64,000 nt of DNA from Hypanus sabinus (lineage: Eukaryota): positions 23,250,001 to 23,314,000 of the forward strand of contig NC_082731.1 of assembly GCF_030144855.1 (NCBI RefSeq). The letters are read 5' to 3'. Positions 1 through 12,312 of this stretch are shown here, in pieces; the stretch's first letter is position 1, and every line of letters begins with the position of its first letter. Made by a program: the position numbers and the translations under genes. A model generated the notes under the pieces. That model worked only from the letters and a program-made list of their open reading frames with translations, did not search any database and was not told the origin of the DNA.

Positions 1-97
1 TAAACAGCCTCTTGATGCATGTTCCGCCTGTTGTCCCACATGCGACAGGTCTATGTACGTCAAGGATAGAACGTCACACCCCGTGCCGTCACTGAAG

Positions 98-111
98 CAG
101 CCCTCTAAGGA
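98..111 (-). promoter_or_regulatory. Weaker paralogous CTCF-like motif
   Basis: TCCTTAGAGGGCTG on -, 10/14, at the position homologous to 12299-12312. Confidence 0.35.
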
Positions 112-2215
112 CATAAGCCTGCAGCTCTCGAGAACACATTCCTTCCGTGGTACATTCAATCGACATGCCAAAGACAGCGTCTTACCGACTTTCAGCAAAT
201 CACAGATAACTACAAAGGCAAATCTCAGATGACTGGTCGGTTCCTGACACTCACAGTATATACATACAAGTTGGGATTTTATTTGAGGCAAACAAAGCTA
301 AAATAATTTGTCTACGTCACTGCGGAACTGCAGGTTTCTATGATGAAACTATTGTCCGGATAATGGCATATAGATATCTCTGCTTCTGAGTTTCAATCCT
401 TTTGCACTTGCGATTGCTGCTTCATTATCTGAGCATCGAGTCAGTATATGTAAGTTTGTCTCTACTAGAGTTCGCTCTTCCGCGCGCGCACGTATTTCTG
501 TGTGTGTGTGTCTTTGTGTGTGTGCTCATATACTTTCATTCCTTCATTCGCTATCTGTTGATGTTTTAGTTCTAATTTTACTTAGCAAAACCTAGGGTAG
601 CGTTATGTCTGTACACGCCACGATAGTTTGCGTTCGGTCTTGTGGAGATATACGGCACAGTACGACATAGATTCCCCTATGATATTTACATGTAATCCTT
701 CAATCTTTCCAAATCTCAGCATAAAACCTGCCCAGATGTTCTGGAGAACATTGGACATATTACCGCCAATAAGTCGGACATAGCTCAGGATGCTGAAAGA
801 AAGGCAGCAGAGCCTTTCAAGTCAGTATATTTCAATGTTTTGTCGGACAGTTGTCACCCATTAATTTAGCCGAAACTTGACTAACCCAATGTACTGCGGC
901 GGGTACGCTTCTCTCCCCTCCCTGATGAAAGATATCAGAATATTCGACAACCCAGGAAAACATGAGCTCCACAGTACAAAGATTGCCCATTCTTACAGAG
1001 TCTCAGTGAGCAGCACAATGAAACTAATCTGTAAGGAGTACAAACGTGATTGCCGTGGAGGATATCGGTCTTTCTCCTTCATCTCCATCTCTTTCAGACT
1101 CTCTCTCCCCCTCTTAATTTCTACCTACGTCAATATCCTTGTAGGTATTACAGTTTATCTCTACTCCCTTTTTTTCTCTATCATTTTCGTTATCTTCATA
1201 CCTCGAGGTCTCCTCCCTCCTCTATCTATCAATATCTCCACGTTTTCTATTCTTTCTTTCTGGCTCCTTGATATATGTGTTGGTTTGTTCATTTTCTTTT
1301 TTTTTATACAGATTGTCTCTTTCTCTAACCACCTTTCTCACTCTCTCCCTCTATTCTCTTTCTGACTCCCTGTTATTCTTTCAGTTCTGTACCTGTATCT
1401 TCCTGTAGTTTTTTTTTTTTTTTCATTTGTCTCTCTGTTTGCCTGATACGTATCTGTCTGTAATTTCTTATTTTCCATTATTAACCTTCTCTCTTCCTCT
1501 CTTGACTTCTGTATTCTTTGTGTTTGTGCGTGTGCTCATTGTGTTATCACCTCCCATCCTTACTCTCATAACCGTCTCTTTCCTTTTGAGCCTCCTACCC
1601 AGGCAATATTTCCACATATTATGCTCTCACAATTGATGATCTCCCACTGAGGGTTTCCTAACGATATGACATTAGTCTGCTTCGGTAACCTTCCAGGTCT
1701 CGACATACATGACTATTCCTGTCTGATTCTCTGTTTTCTTCTTAAAAATAAACTTCTCTTCACTCTCTAGCACTAATTTTTTGTCAGTCTGTATTCATTT
1801 TGACGCCACGTAGGCGTGTGGTTTGCACGGCTCTGCTATAGTTTGGGTCATTTAGGAATCCATAGTTCAATTGTGACGCTGAGTAGCGCAGAGACTCTGT
1901 ACGTCCACCAGAGGTTCCCCAGAGAAACTAGTAAACCTCGCAATACAAAGAATACGGTGTGATTAATTGGAAAATGTAATTTTTTACAAGATCACATGGA
2001 TATTCCCATTTTGCCGGTGATTGCAGGCACAGAGTGGCTAAAGGTTTATTAGGCCGTCGTCCGCGGTGTATCGCTACTTTTGAAAATAATACATCAACAA
2101 CAAATTTGCTAAATGTACCGAATTATTTTGTTTCAGCGACAGGCCTCTAAAGTAACACGTTGTATCACAAAATGTGCTTTGCCTGGGTTGCCTTTGTTTC
2201 TTCTTTTTTTTCTTC

Positions 2216-5200
2216 TAATTAGACAATAGGTGCAGAAGTAGGGAATTCGGCCCGTCGAGCCTTCACTGTTATAAGGGGTGGGGGGCGTAGAGACTGGAGA
2301 CAAATGCAGGACGAAAACACTGAAGTGCTTGGAACAGGACGGGACAAAGCTAAAGGACAGGGCAAGTCGTGGAGACCGTGGCATTCGTGGAGAATACACT
2401 CAAACTCATCCCCCGACTGCACTCAAACCCACAGCCATCAGATGGATATCAGGTGCAAATGTTTGTGCCCAACCGAACCAAATTAGCATTAGGTTTTAAT
2501 GCTTGAGTCCAAGCCGAAACGAGGGTCAATCGGAGGGCCCGGACCCGGAATTCGTGGACAGGACTGTGAACCGGAATGCGGTCTTCGGACCGCACCTTGA
2601 CAATCACCGACATTCAATTTGATCATGGCTGATCATCCACAATCTGGACCTCGTTCCTGCTTTCTCCCCATATCCCTTGATTCCGCTATCCTTAAGAGCT
2701 CTATCTAACTCCCCCTTGAAAGCATCCTGAGAATTGGACTGCACTGCCTTCTGATGCACAACATTCCATAGATCCAGAACTCTGTGGGTGAAAACTTTTT
2801 GTTTTTCCTGAGCTCCGTACTTAATGGCCTACCCCTTATTCTGAAACTGTAACATTGGTTCTGGCCTGTCCCACATCAGGAATATGTTTCCTGCCTCTAG
2901 CGTGTCCAATCCCTTAATAATCTTATATTATTCAATCAGATCACACCTCATCCTTCTAAATTTCAACGTATACAAGACCAGTTGCTCCAATCTTTCAGTA
3001 TTTGGCAGACACGTCTTCCCGTGAATCAAACTGGTGAACCTACGCTGCACTCCCTGAAGCGCAAGATTGTCCTTCCTCTAATTTCAAGACGAAAACTGAA
3101 CAGGACACACCAGGTGTTGTCTTACCAGGGCCCTGTACAACTGTAGCAGGATCTCTTTGCATCTACAGTAAACTCCTCTTGTTATGAAGGCCAACGTTCC
3201 ATTATCTTTCTTCTCTGCCACCTGCATCTGCATGCTTACTTTCAGTGACTGATGAACAAGGACACATAGATCTCTTTGTACTTCCCCTTTTCCTAACTTG
3301 ACACCATTCAGATAGTAATCTGCCTTCCTGTTCTTGCCACCGAAGTGGAATCACCTCACATTTATATACATTAAACTGCAAATGCTATGCATCAGCCCAC
3401 TGACCCAAACTGTCCATGTCACCCTGCATTCTCATACCATCCTCCTCATATTTCACACCGCCACCCAGCCCTGTGTCATCTGCAAATTTGCTAATGTCAA
3501 TTTTAATCGCTTCATCTAAATCATTAATATCTATTGCAACTAACTGCGGTACGAGCACCGTGACTCCCCCTAACGCGCCAGTCACAGCCTGCCATTCTGA
3601 AAAGGACACTTAAATCCCTACACTTTGTATCGTGTCTGTCAACCAATTTTCTATCCATTGTAGTACCCTACCTTCAATGCCATGTGCTATAATTTTGCCC
3701 TCTAATCTCCTATGTGGGACGTTTACAAAGGCTTTTTGAAAGTCTTGGTAAATACATCCACTGATTCTCCCTTGTTCATTTTCATAGTTACATACACAAA
3801 ACTTTCCAAAAGATTAGCCACGGTTGACTTCCCCTTCTTAAATCCATGTTGACTCGGACCGATCCTGTTACTGCTAACCAAATGCGCTGCTATTTCATCT
3901 TTTATAATTGAATACAGCATCTTCCCAATGTCAGTCTATCTGGTCTATATTCCCATTTTTTCTCTTTCCCTCTCTCCCTCCTTTCTTAAAAATTGCGATA
4001 ACATTAGCAATCCTCAGGAACTAATCCTGAATCTATAGAACATTGGAAAATAATTACCAATGCGTCGACGACTTCCAGAGCCTCCTCCCTAAGTACACTG
4101 GGATGCAGACCATCAGGCCCTAGGGATTTCCAGCCTTCAGTCCCATTAATCTACCTAACACCATTTTCTGCTGAATGTGAATTTCTAACAGTTATTCTGT
4201 TACCCTACGTCCTCTGGTCACTATTATAACTGGGAGATTGTCTGGATCTTCCCCAGTGAAGACAGATCCAAAGTACCAGTTCAACTTGTCTGTCATTTCC
4301 TTGTTCCCCATAATACATTCACCCGTTTCTGCCTTCAAGAGCCCAACTTTGGTCGTAACTATTATTTTTCGCTTTACATACCTGAAGAAACGTTTACTAT
4401 TCTCCTTTATATTCATGGCTAGAATAACTTCGTAACTCATCTTTTCTCCCCGTATTGCCTTTTTATTTATTTTCTGTTGTTCTTTAAAAGTTTCCCAATC
4501 CTCCGAATTCCTGGTCATCTATACTATGGTATAGTTCTCCTTTATTTTATCCTGTCCTTGACTTCTCTTATCAGCCACAGTCGCCCCTTCTTCCCTTCGA
4601 ATATTTCTTCCTCTTTGGAATGACCTGATCCTGCAACTTCTGTAGTATGCACAGGAATACCTGCCATTGATATTTCACTATCATCGCAGCTGGGTATCCT
4701 GCCAGTCAACTATGGTTAGTTCCTCCCGCATGGCCTCCATGGTCCCCTTTGTTCAAGCGTTATACTGACACTTCCCGTTTTCCTTTCTCCCTCTCAAATT
4801 GTAGATTGACACTCATCATATTATGGTTACTACCTCATAATGGCTCCTTTACCTCGAGTTCCCTTATCAAATCAGGTTCATTACACAACACTAAATCTAG
4901 AACTGCCTTCTCCCTGGTAGGCACCGGTTCAAGCAGCTCCAAGAATCCATCTCGGAAGCAATCCACAAACTCCCTTTCTTGGGGTCCAGTACCAAACTGA
5001 TTTTCCCAATTGAAATCCCCCATTACAAACGTAGCATTCCCTATGCGACATGTTAATTTTAGCTCTTGATTCAACTTGAACCCTTTTCCAGGCTACTTTG
5101 GAGGCCTGTAGATAACTCCTATTAGGGTCTTTTTGCCCTTACAATTTCTCAGTTCTATTCATGCTGACTCTACAGCTCCTGATTTTGTGTCACACCACGC

Positions 5201-5930
5201 AAGGGACTGAATTTTAATCCTCACTAACAGAGCCATTCCACCCCCTCTGCCTACCTGTCCGTCATTTTGATAAGTTGTATACAGTTGAATAATCATTTCC
5301 ACCCCTGGTCCTCCTGCAGCCATGAGTCTGTTATTTCTACAATATCATACATGCCAACTTCCAACTGAGCCTCAAACTGACCCACTTTATTTCTTATAGT
5401 TCGTGTATTCATACATAATACTTTAAATCCGTTACTCCCCTAGATTCTCACAGCGATCCCTAATACACTTGGCCATAATTTCCGATCCATTACTGAGGTT
5501 TCTGCACCTTTAATTCTGTTGTCTTTCTTTAACTTTACTTATTCTCTCTTTCCCTTTAACTCCATCCTTGTATTTCGTGTTCGGCTCCGACCGCCCCCTC
5601 CCGAACTTATTAATTTAAACACAGCCGTGCAGCAGTGGCAAATCTGCCTGCAAGAATGCTTGCCTTCCGCCTGTTGAGGTGCAACAGCTCGCATTTGTAC
5701 AATTCATTCTTACCCCAAAACGGACGCCAGTAGTCTAAGAATCTAAAACCCTGTTTGCATTACCAGCTACACAGCCACAAATAGAGTTCCCATATCTCCC
5801 TATACATGCCTCACCAGCACGTGGAAATGGAAGCAAACCAGAGATAACTACCGTGGAGATACTGTTTTTTTTTAGATTTCTGCCGAGGTCTCTTCTGGAT
5901 TCTCTTCAGTTCTTTTCTGGATCTTTCGAA
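2216..5930 (-). mobile_element. CR1 LINE, long decayed copy (3' UTR, RT, endonuclease, part of ORF1)
   Basis: Minus-strand peptides VMGDFNW, AVLDLVLCNEPDLIRELEVKEPL and QHGFKKGKS; typical CR1 3' end (rc of cctattgtcta) at about 2220. Confidence 0.9.
2267..2602. mobile_element. Solo LTR nested in the CR1 3' UTR
   Basis: 336 bp, begins TGTTA and ends TTGACA. Flanks TTCAC / ATCAC form a 5-bp TSD with one mismatch, and the CR1 3' UTR resumes after it. Confidence 0.75.
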
Positions 5931-6499
5931 AAGATGACACACTAAATATAAATGATTGCATAGAAAATGGATTGGTTGAAATATTGGCCAAGCGAATATT
6001 ATTACAACCGTGAAAACGATGATCAATTTTCCCACTTATTCCAAAAATCTGCCTGGATACCTGTCTCACCAGCCCATTTCCCGTCTGTCTTTATTTTTAT
6101 CGAGATAAATTGAAGGGAAGGTCTTGGTTCCAAGCAATTGTTAACATTTTCAAATTTCCGCGTGACTGTCATTTTTGACAGAATGAGGAACTCAAGAGAC
6201 TGCACTCTACAACACTTGGAGTGGCCTTCTCTCTTCTGCAGCAATATGGGATCAATATACGTGCTGTCGCCCTGCATATATAGGAGGATGGGAATGATGA
6301 AACAGGAGTCCGGGCAGATCTGCATCTTCTGCACTGTCATTATGCACACACTCACTCTCTCTGTTCCTCTCTATTCCTATCCAGTTTTGTGAACTTATCT
6401 TCAGAATGTCATATCCAGAATGTTTTCCTCAAATCTGGAGAAACCCAGTTCAACACATTTTATTAAACACCTTCCCTCAAGGAAGTCAAACAGTATGGA

Positions 6500-7370
6500 G
6501 CAGAGCACCAAGGAATTATCGTAATACAATATTTGCAATAACATCCTCTCAATCGTTGGCGACTGTTATTGACTACTTCTTACGAGGAATAGGAAAACGT
6601 CAACTTCACAGATATGTATGCTCCGCCATGTTGGCCGTACAACTATCTTCAGTTTCTGAAAGTGATACTGTGGAGCTGATAACGCGTATCAATGCTTATC
6701 AAACAAATGAATATGACCTCTTACGACCAGCTATGCCATCCGTACCTGGTCGATCGCACCAAATATGACTCAGTCGAAATGCATTCAGAAGAATTTTTGC
6801 TTGCAGACTGTGTGGAAAGAATAACATCTTGCAAAACAAAGGGGTACCAGGAGTGTGAAGTTTTAATATGTGCATTAAGCAGTGATCGCCGTATGATTCA
6901 GGGGCGAGAATTCAATCCAGAAATCCTCCAAACAATATGCCGAACAACAATGCTAAGCGTGCCTGAGACACCGTGAATGGTGGTCCAGACTAGCAGCAAG
7001 ACAGCAAAGTCATCAGCCACTTCTGGACCGAGCGGTATACACTGTTATCTAAGAAAATTTCACATCGCCTCTGATTTTTGTTGAAGTTAATTGGGAAAAT
7101 TTGGAACAAAGGCTCCATCGCACTAAGCTGGAAAATTGTTCAAGGATGACTTGTCCCCAGGGAAAAAGATTCCTGTGCCTTCGTCCAGTTTATACCAATC
7201 CTCCTCCTGAGCGAGAAGGCTGGTCCCTTCCATCCGTTTTGGTATTTTGCCTTCGACATCTCAAATTCAGGTTTTGCTGGCGAGTATACTTTGGCTCCTT
7301 GTTCTAATTTATTAAAACATCACGTGCTGTATTCCAAAACTCATTTATGGCAGACAAGTTGAACATGTAT
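6500..7370 (+). pseudogene. Possible GPR139/GPR142-like class A GPCR relic
   Basis: Ordered motifs across frameshifts: IFAI..SLATVI..LRG.G......RY...AM.A, VILW (6662), KTK...E (6833), NA/RH (6950-6970), CC-x4-IYG (about 7326). The order matches the recalled shark GPR139-like pattern; not verified by search. Confidence 0.4.
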
Positions 7371-7439
7371 TTTGTATCTGCCTCACGAGGGAAGACACGA
7401 GCGATCGCCCACATTTAACCGTGGCCTGATGTCCTACGG

Positions 7440-8135
7440 TAACGGAGAAACTGAAGGAAATTCATATTAGGCAGAAAATGGTGGTGCGGAGACTGATCGG
7501 ACTGAAGGCTTATAAAACCCCAGAGGCTGATTGTCTAAATCCCAGGGTACATAAAGTGGTGGCTCTAGACATCGTGCACGCGTTGGTAATAGTTTCCAAA
7601 GTTCTACAGATTAAGGATCAGTTCCTGAGGATTGGAAGACAGCTAATGTTAACCCACGTTTTAAGAAAGGAGGGAGAGAGAAAACATTTTATTATAGACA
7701 GCTATCCTGACATCAGTGGTGGGGAAGATACTGGATTCAATTATAAAAGATGAAATAGCGGCACATTTTTATAGCAGTAACAGGATCGCTCCGAGACAGC
7801 ATGGATTTCCGAATGGGAAATAATGCTTGAGTAATCTTCTGGAATTTTAAATGATGTAACTGTGAAAATGGACATGTGAGGAGCAGTGAATATAGTGTAT
7901 CTGGACTTTCAGAAAGCCTCTGATAAGGTCCCACATAGGGTATTCGTGGGCAAAATTAGAGCACATGGTATTGGAGATTATGTATTGACTTGGATAGAAA
8001 ATTAGTTGGCAGACATGAACCCAGGTGTAGGGATTAACAGGTCGCTTTTCGATTGGCAGGCATTGATTAGGGGGGTACCGCAAGGCTCGGTGCTGGGAAC
8101 GCATGTCCTGATTCCGGTTGGCCGTTCCCATTTAA
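7440..8135 (+). mobile_element. CR1 RT fragment
   Basis: Degenerate VYLDFQKA-DKVPH and GVPQGSVLG motifs. Confidence 0.85.
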
Positions 8136-8229
8136 CACTTCTTTATCCCTGATCATGCACCAATTTCAGTCAAATGCTGATAGTTACCCAATTACCGTAC
8201 ATCTGGCTTTCATCAGAGATTGGGAAATA

Positions 8230-8770
8230 AATACGATGCCGACTCTATCACAGGTGGCCAGTTCGTTGGTCAATTGTCGTGTGATACTTCATTTCCTGTT
8301 CCGATAAGACCCGGTAATTCTAACTTCCGCTCTCGTTCCAGAGAGTCCCTGCGAATCCTGACTCCTTGTCAAAATCCCTCTGGTGTCCTGCTCAGGTCTC
8401 CGCCAGCCTCCCCGACTGAGTCGACGTGCCAGTCTCCTGCAGTTAGGTTCTCCTCCGTCGCCCTCCGTGTAGGAAAACCAACAGGCCACAATGAACGCAG
8501 CGTACACGGACCCGGTGCAACAGGCCCTCGTTAGCCAGGGTTCCCTACTGGCCATAAATAAGCAACTACTCAGAGAAGTCATGAATGATTTACGTGCCCT
8601 ATCCGAGGATGTAAAGAAGGTCAGTGAGCAGGTTGACCGGGTATCCGCTCCCCTTACTCCGTCCTTTCTAAGAACGCAGTCTGACCAACCCGCACAGCCT
8701 GGGATGGCTATGCCCCTCGGCTCGGCAACACCATCACCTCGAGAGCCTTACGTACCCGAACCAGAACCCA
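8230..8770 (+). mobile_element. Gypsy (Sushi-like) LTR plus gag N-terminus, truncated
   Basis: MNAAYTDPVQQALVSQGSLLAINKQLLREVM...PREPYVPEPE closely resembles the gag start at 31.4 kb. Confidence 0.8.
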
Positions 8771-10755
8771 CGGAGGCCAAAATCATATCACCGTTAAGAT
8801 TTCAACATGCTTTGTAGACCGATGTTCTTTATCCGTTCTCTGCCTGAATGAAACATATCTATGCAGGATTCAATGCAAATGCTTCCTAAATATTTGTCGC
8901 ATTTCTGCCATGTATTTCCCCTGTGACAATCTGCTCCCAATTTATGCTCACATGTTACTGCTTTTTAGCATCATGTTTCACCCTTACTCAATAAGAAGTT
9001 ATTTTCCCCGCACAATAGTGATGTGGTCACTACCTCGAAAATGATCTCCACCGGGAGATCTGATACTTGAACTGGTTCATTTTCCAATACCAGATTAATT
9101 ACTGTGTGAAAAGTGCGGGATATAAATATATTTCACTAAATGTGAACATTTGAATAGATGCTACTCCGAAAGGAAATAATTACACTCGGGGTGTAGGTAA
9201 ACTACTGACAACAGAGATTATTTATATTTTGGGATTACATGTAAGTGTTATAGTGACAGAGGAATCACATTACGGGGGGGGCGGGGGGAAATGCCAAAGT
9301 GTTATGCAACTCCTGGGATTCTCCTGGAAGTAGCAATTTCATTACCAACTACAGTCATCGGAATGCTGGAAACGGGGAATCGATAACTGAAAGGTTCTGT
9401 GGTCAAGTTATGCCAAAAGGCGACTTTGAAATGCTCTGAGGCACTATTCTGTACTGCTTGAGAAATCATGTTAATAAGATCCCAGTTTCCCTCTTTCTCT
9501 GTCACCCCTCCCGTCTATTTTTTCTATCTGTCAAGTCTGTTGTATTCTAAAATAGCGTCTTTTTCAAGCCCAAGCTATTAGACTTGGATTTCAATCTCCA
9601 TTATGTTCGTAAAGTGTTATGTTTATCTTCCTCCATAGATTGAGAAGAATATGTAGTTTATTTCGTTATTATCCTGGGAAAATATGGCTCAGACCTGTTG
9701 CGGCTGATTCCGAATTTCGGAATCACTGTCCAGATCTCCAGGACGGCCGAAGCTTCAGAATCGTTTCAGCATGAAACTGTGAATTATATTTGCACACAGA
9801 ATGTCGAGGGAATCATATGTTCGCGAGGATGTTATATACTAATAATGGTATAATGCTGACGATCAGGAGTAGATTCTTCTCCTGATTGGGTGCAATTTGT
9901 ACTCTATCTCCTTCGTTTCCTCCGTCTACTCACAGTTGAGATCCGAACAACAAATACTGTATCATCGGAAAGCCTGCTAACGGAATTATATGGCCATGCG
10001 TCCATAGTTTCATAATAATATGATTCGCATCATTAGTACGACACCACTCTCACCATCATATTCTGAATTGAAAGTCATTAACAAACGTCGCCAACGATTG
10101 AGAAGCTGCTATTGCAAACATACGACTGCGGTTCATAGAGAAGTGCCAACATTCCGAGGTGCACTATTCCCGGTTGTTAGAAATCATTAAGTGTGTAAGT
10201 TTGATAAAATAGTTTAAAACGCCCATAATGTGTTTCTACGTTTCATGAAATCGCTCTGAACAATGACAAAGTAAAGATAAACTTATGGAATTCACAACAA
10301 GGACAGAGAGACTGCTGCTGTGTGTAATAGGGGTGACTACCTAGAAGGTTTACATCGCTGCCAGATTTCACCGACCCAACTGTTCGGATTCCAGTCTCAT
10401 TAATCCCTTCCTCTTGCGTCTGTAGGCCGACAGCAAATCCATGGAGATAAGGAGATAAGTGCATGGAGATTGCTGAGGAGATAAGGGCACTCTTCGTGTT
10501 ATGGGGTGCGCACTGTTGAGTACTTTATTCGGGAGAAAACAACAGTCACTCCGCAGATTTGCAATGGCAACAGTTGCTTAGAGGCAGTACTTTCCTTTAA
10601 ATATATCATCTTAAACTTAACGTGAGAAACCAAAGGGATTAGTGAGGCAGTTGTTCAAGCAGATTATTTGAATGAGGAGCGATGAATTTGATCACGGTAT
10701 TCATCGTCCTAAGGGTACACACGCACTCGATAGTCCTGCCGATTTCATTTTCTAT

Positions 10756-10759
<4 letters not shown>

Positions 10760-10818
<59 letters not shown>
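10760..10818. repeat. (CA)n microsatellite
   Basis: Directly visible. Confidence 0.99.
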
Positions 10819-10822
<4 letters not shown>

Positions 10823-11538
10823 TCTATCTATTTATTTATTTGTTTCAGCTGTCCAGCGCGGAGGGGGCTCGAACAGACCCTCGAACGACGCGGTCACTAC
10901 AATCATTGTCAAAACAGATATTCCCTTGCCTGTTCAAAAATCAGTTTATATTGTCTAATTAACAAACCCCGTCTTTGCACTGCTAAGTAAACCACAGCTA
11001 AAGGGGAAACTTCTCGCATTCCACGGTGAAGACGTGCAGAGTCTCTTCACTGCACAACACCGAAATTGAACTACAAACCTCAGAATGACCCGATCTATAG
11101 TAGAGCCGTGATAACAACCAAACCTCTGTGGCGTGCAAGTCGATAGACTGAGAGAATGTGAATGACAGAGTTGGAAAAGAAAAGTTTGTCTTTGAGAAAC
11201 AGGAAACGTATACATAGAAGAAAAAATAAACATAGTTGGCGAGTAATATAGGGGCCACGAATCAGATTGATATCCTAGCGCTGTAAACGAAAACCTCAGT
11301 GACAGAAAGACTGGAGTGAAAGATTATCACGTAGAAGCACTGACAGAGAAGTACACGCAAATGAAAAGAGAGAGAGATGAGCGTGGTGACGGGGGTGGGA
11401 CATGGCAATACAATAAGCACACGCATAAGCTTAAAAAAGTATACAAGGCAAGGGAGAGGAAGTTAGATACGAAATAATGGAAACGAAGAAATTATCAATA
11501 TACCCAACAGGGAAGTAGTGAAGGGATAATACTGGGGG

Positions 11539-11729
11539 NNNNNNNNNNNNNNNNNNNNNNNNNNNNNNNNNNNNNNNNNNNNNNNNNNNNNNNNNNNNNN
11601 NNNNNNNNNNNNNNNNNNNNNNNNNNNNNNNNNNNNNNNNNNNNNNNNNNNNNNNNNNNNNNNNNNNNNNNNNNNNNNNNNNNNNNNNNNNNNNNNNNNN
11701 NNNNNNNNNNNNNNNNNNNNNNNNNNNNN
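11539..11729. other. Assembly gap
   Basis: N run. Confidence 1.
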
Positions 11730-12090
11730 AAAAAGATCCATATTGAAAGGAAGTTGGAAGAAAGAAGAACTTAGCGGAAAATGGATGGCCGGCGGAAGGC
11801 AGAGATATGTAGATAGAAAGATAGAGCGAGTGCTCGAGAAAGAACGGGAGCAGAGTTAATCAGTGAGAGATACAGAGATACACTTTGATTGACAGCGGAT
11901 GACGGAAAGACATAGTATGAACAAACACGCGTACGTGCGCTCTAATATAGAGCCAGAGATACAGCTACAGACACAGATTTACTGATACTAAATGGGCGAT
12001 AGAAGGGTGAAAACGATAGAAACGTAGAAGAAGAATTATATAGTATAATACAGGACGATAGCTATAACGTAGTTAACAGTAGTTATTCAT

Positions 12091-12098
12091 TGACGTCA
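12091..12098. promoter_or_regulatory. CRE palindrome
   Basis: TGACGTCA; the paralogous arm retains TGACGT at 314-319 (- strand). Confidence 0.4.
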
Positions 12099-12298
12099 CC
12101 GTTTTTTATCATTGCTTGTATCTTTACGAAATCGTTAAAAGTGTATTTGTCTCAGGAACCTACCTCCGTCTGAAGGTTACCCTTGTGGTTATCGGGGTTT
12201 TTTTGAAAGTTATGTGAGGCAATATTTAAGTATCTCCAAAGTGCAGATGGACTGTGTCACAGAGAGAAAAAAAAAGATTTAAGAACAACTGGCCCAGG

Positions 12299-12312
12299 CC
12301 AGCAGGGGGCTT
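12299..12312 (+). promoter_or_regulatory. CTCF-like motif upstream of V
   Basis: CCAGCAGGGGGCTT, 12/14 to CCASYAGRKGGCRS, about 900 bp upstream of the V ATG. Confidence 0.6.

Larger units (their letters stand above)
5..6900. repeat. Left arm of an old inverted segmental duplication (interrupted by CR1 at 2216-5930)
   Basis: Colinear reverse-complement matches to 9750-12410: 239-247/12152-12160, 5956-5969/10746-10759 (14/14), 6104-6148/10563-10607 (33/45), 6547-6563/10087-10103 (17/17). Confidence 0.85.

Noticed and set aside
877-1365. 162-aa hydrophobic ORF
   Set aside because: Arises from a pyrimidine-rich low-complexity tract and has no domain features.
2300-2620. V-like peptides (CTQTHSHQM, W-YQ, PEFVDR, TLTITDIQFD)
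   Set aside because: The segment is a TG...CA solo LTR with a TSD, and the ITDIQFD part comes from the CR1 3' UTR; the resemblance is coincidental.
8873-8994. Octamer ATGCAAAT followed by hydrophobic MLTCYCFLASCFTLTQ
   Set aside because: No GT donor before the stop and no V exon downstream.
9302-9505. Minus-strand VTEKEG...FWH ORF resembling a V start
   Set aside because: No first Cys, and W-to-RF spacing is far too short.
6532-10118. 45-bp inverted repeat read as terminal inverted repeats of a DNA or RAG-like transposon
   Set aside because: Homology extends kilobases outward on both sides, so it is part of the segmental inverted duplication. No CAC-type ends, TSD or transposase were seen.
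10672-10990. THTH/HTHT and CVCV ORFs (also 48669-49026) and ORFs spanning N runs
   Set aside because: Microsatellite or gap artefacts.
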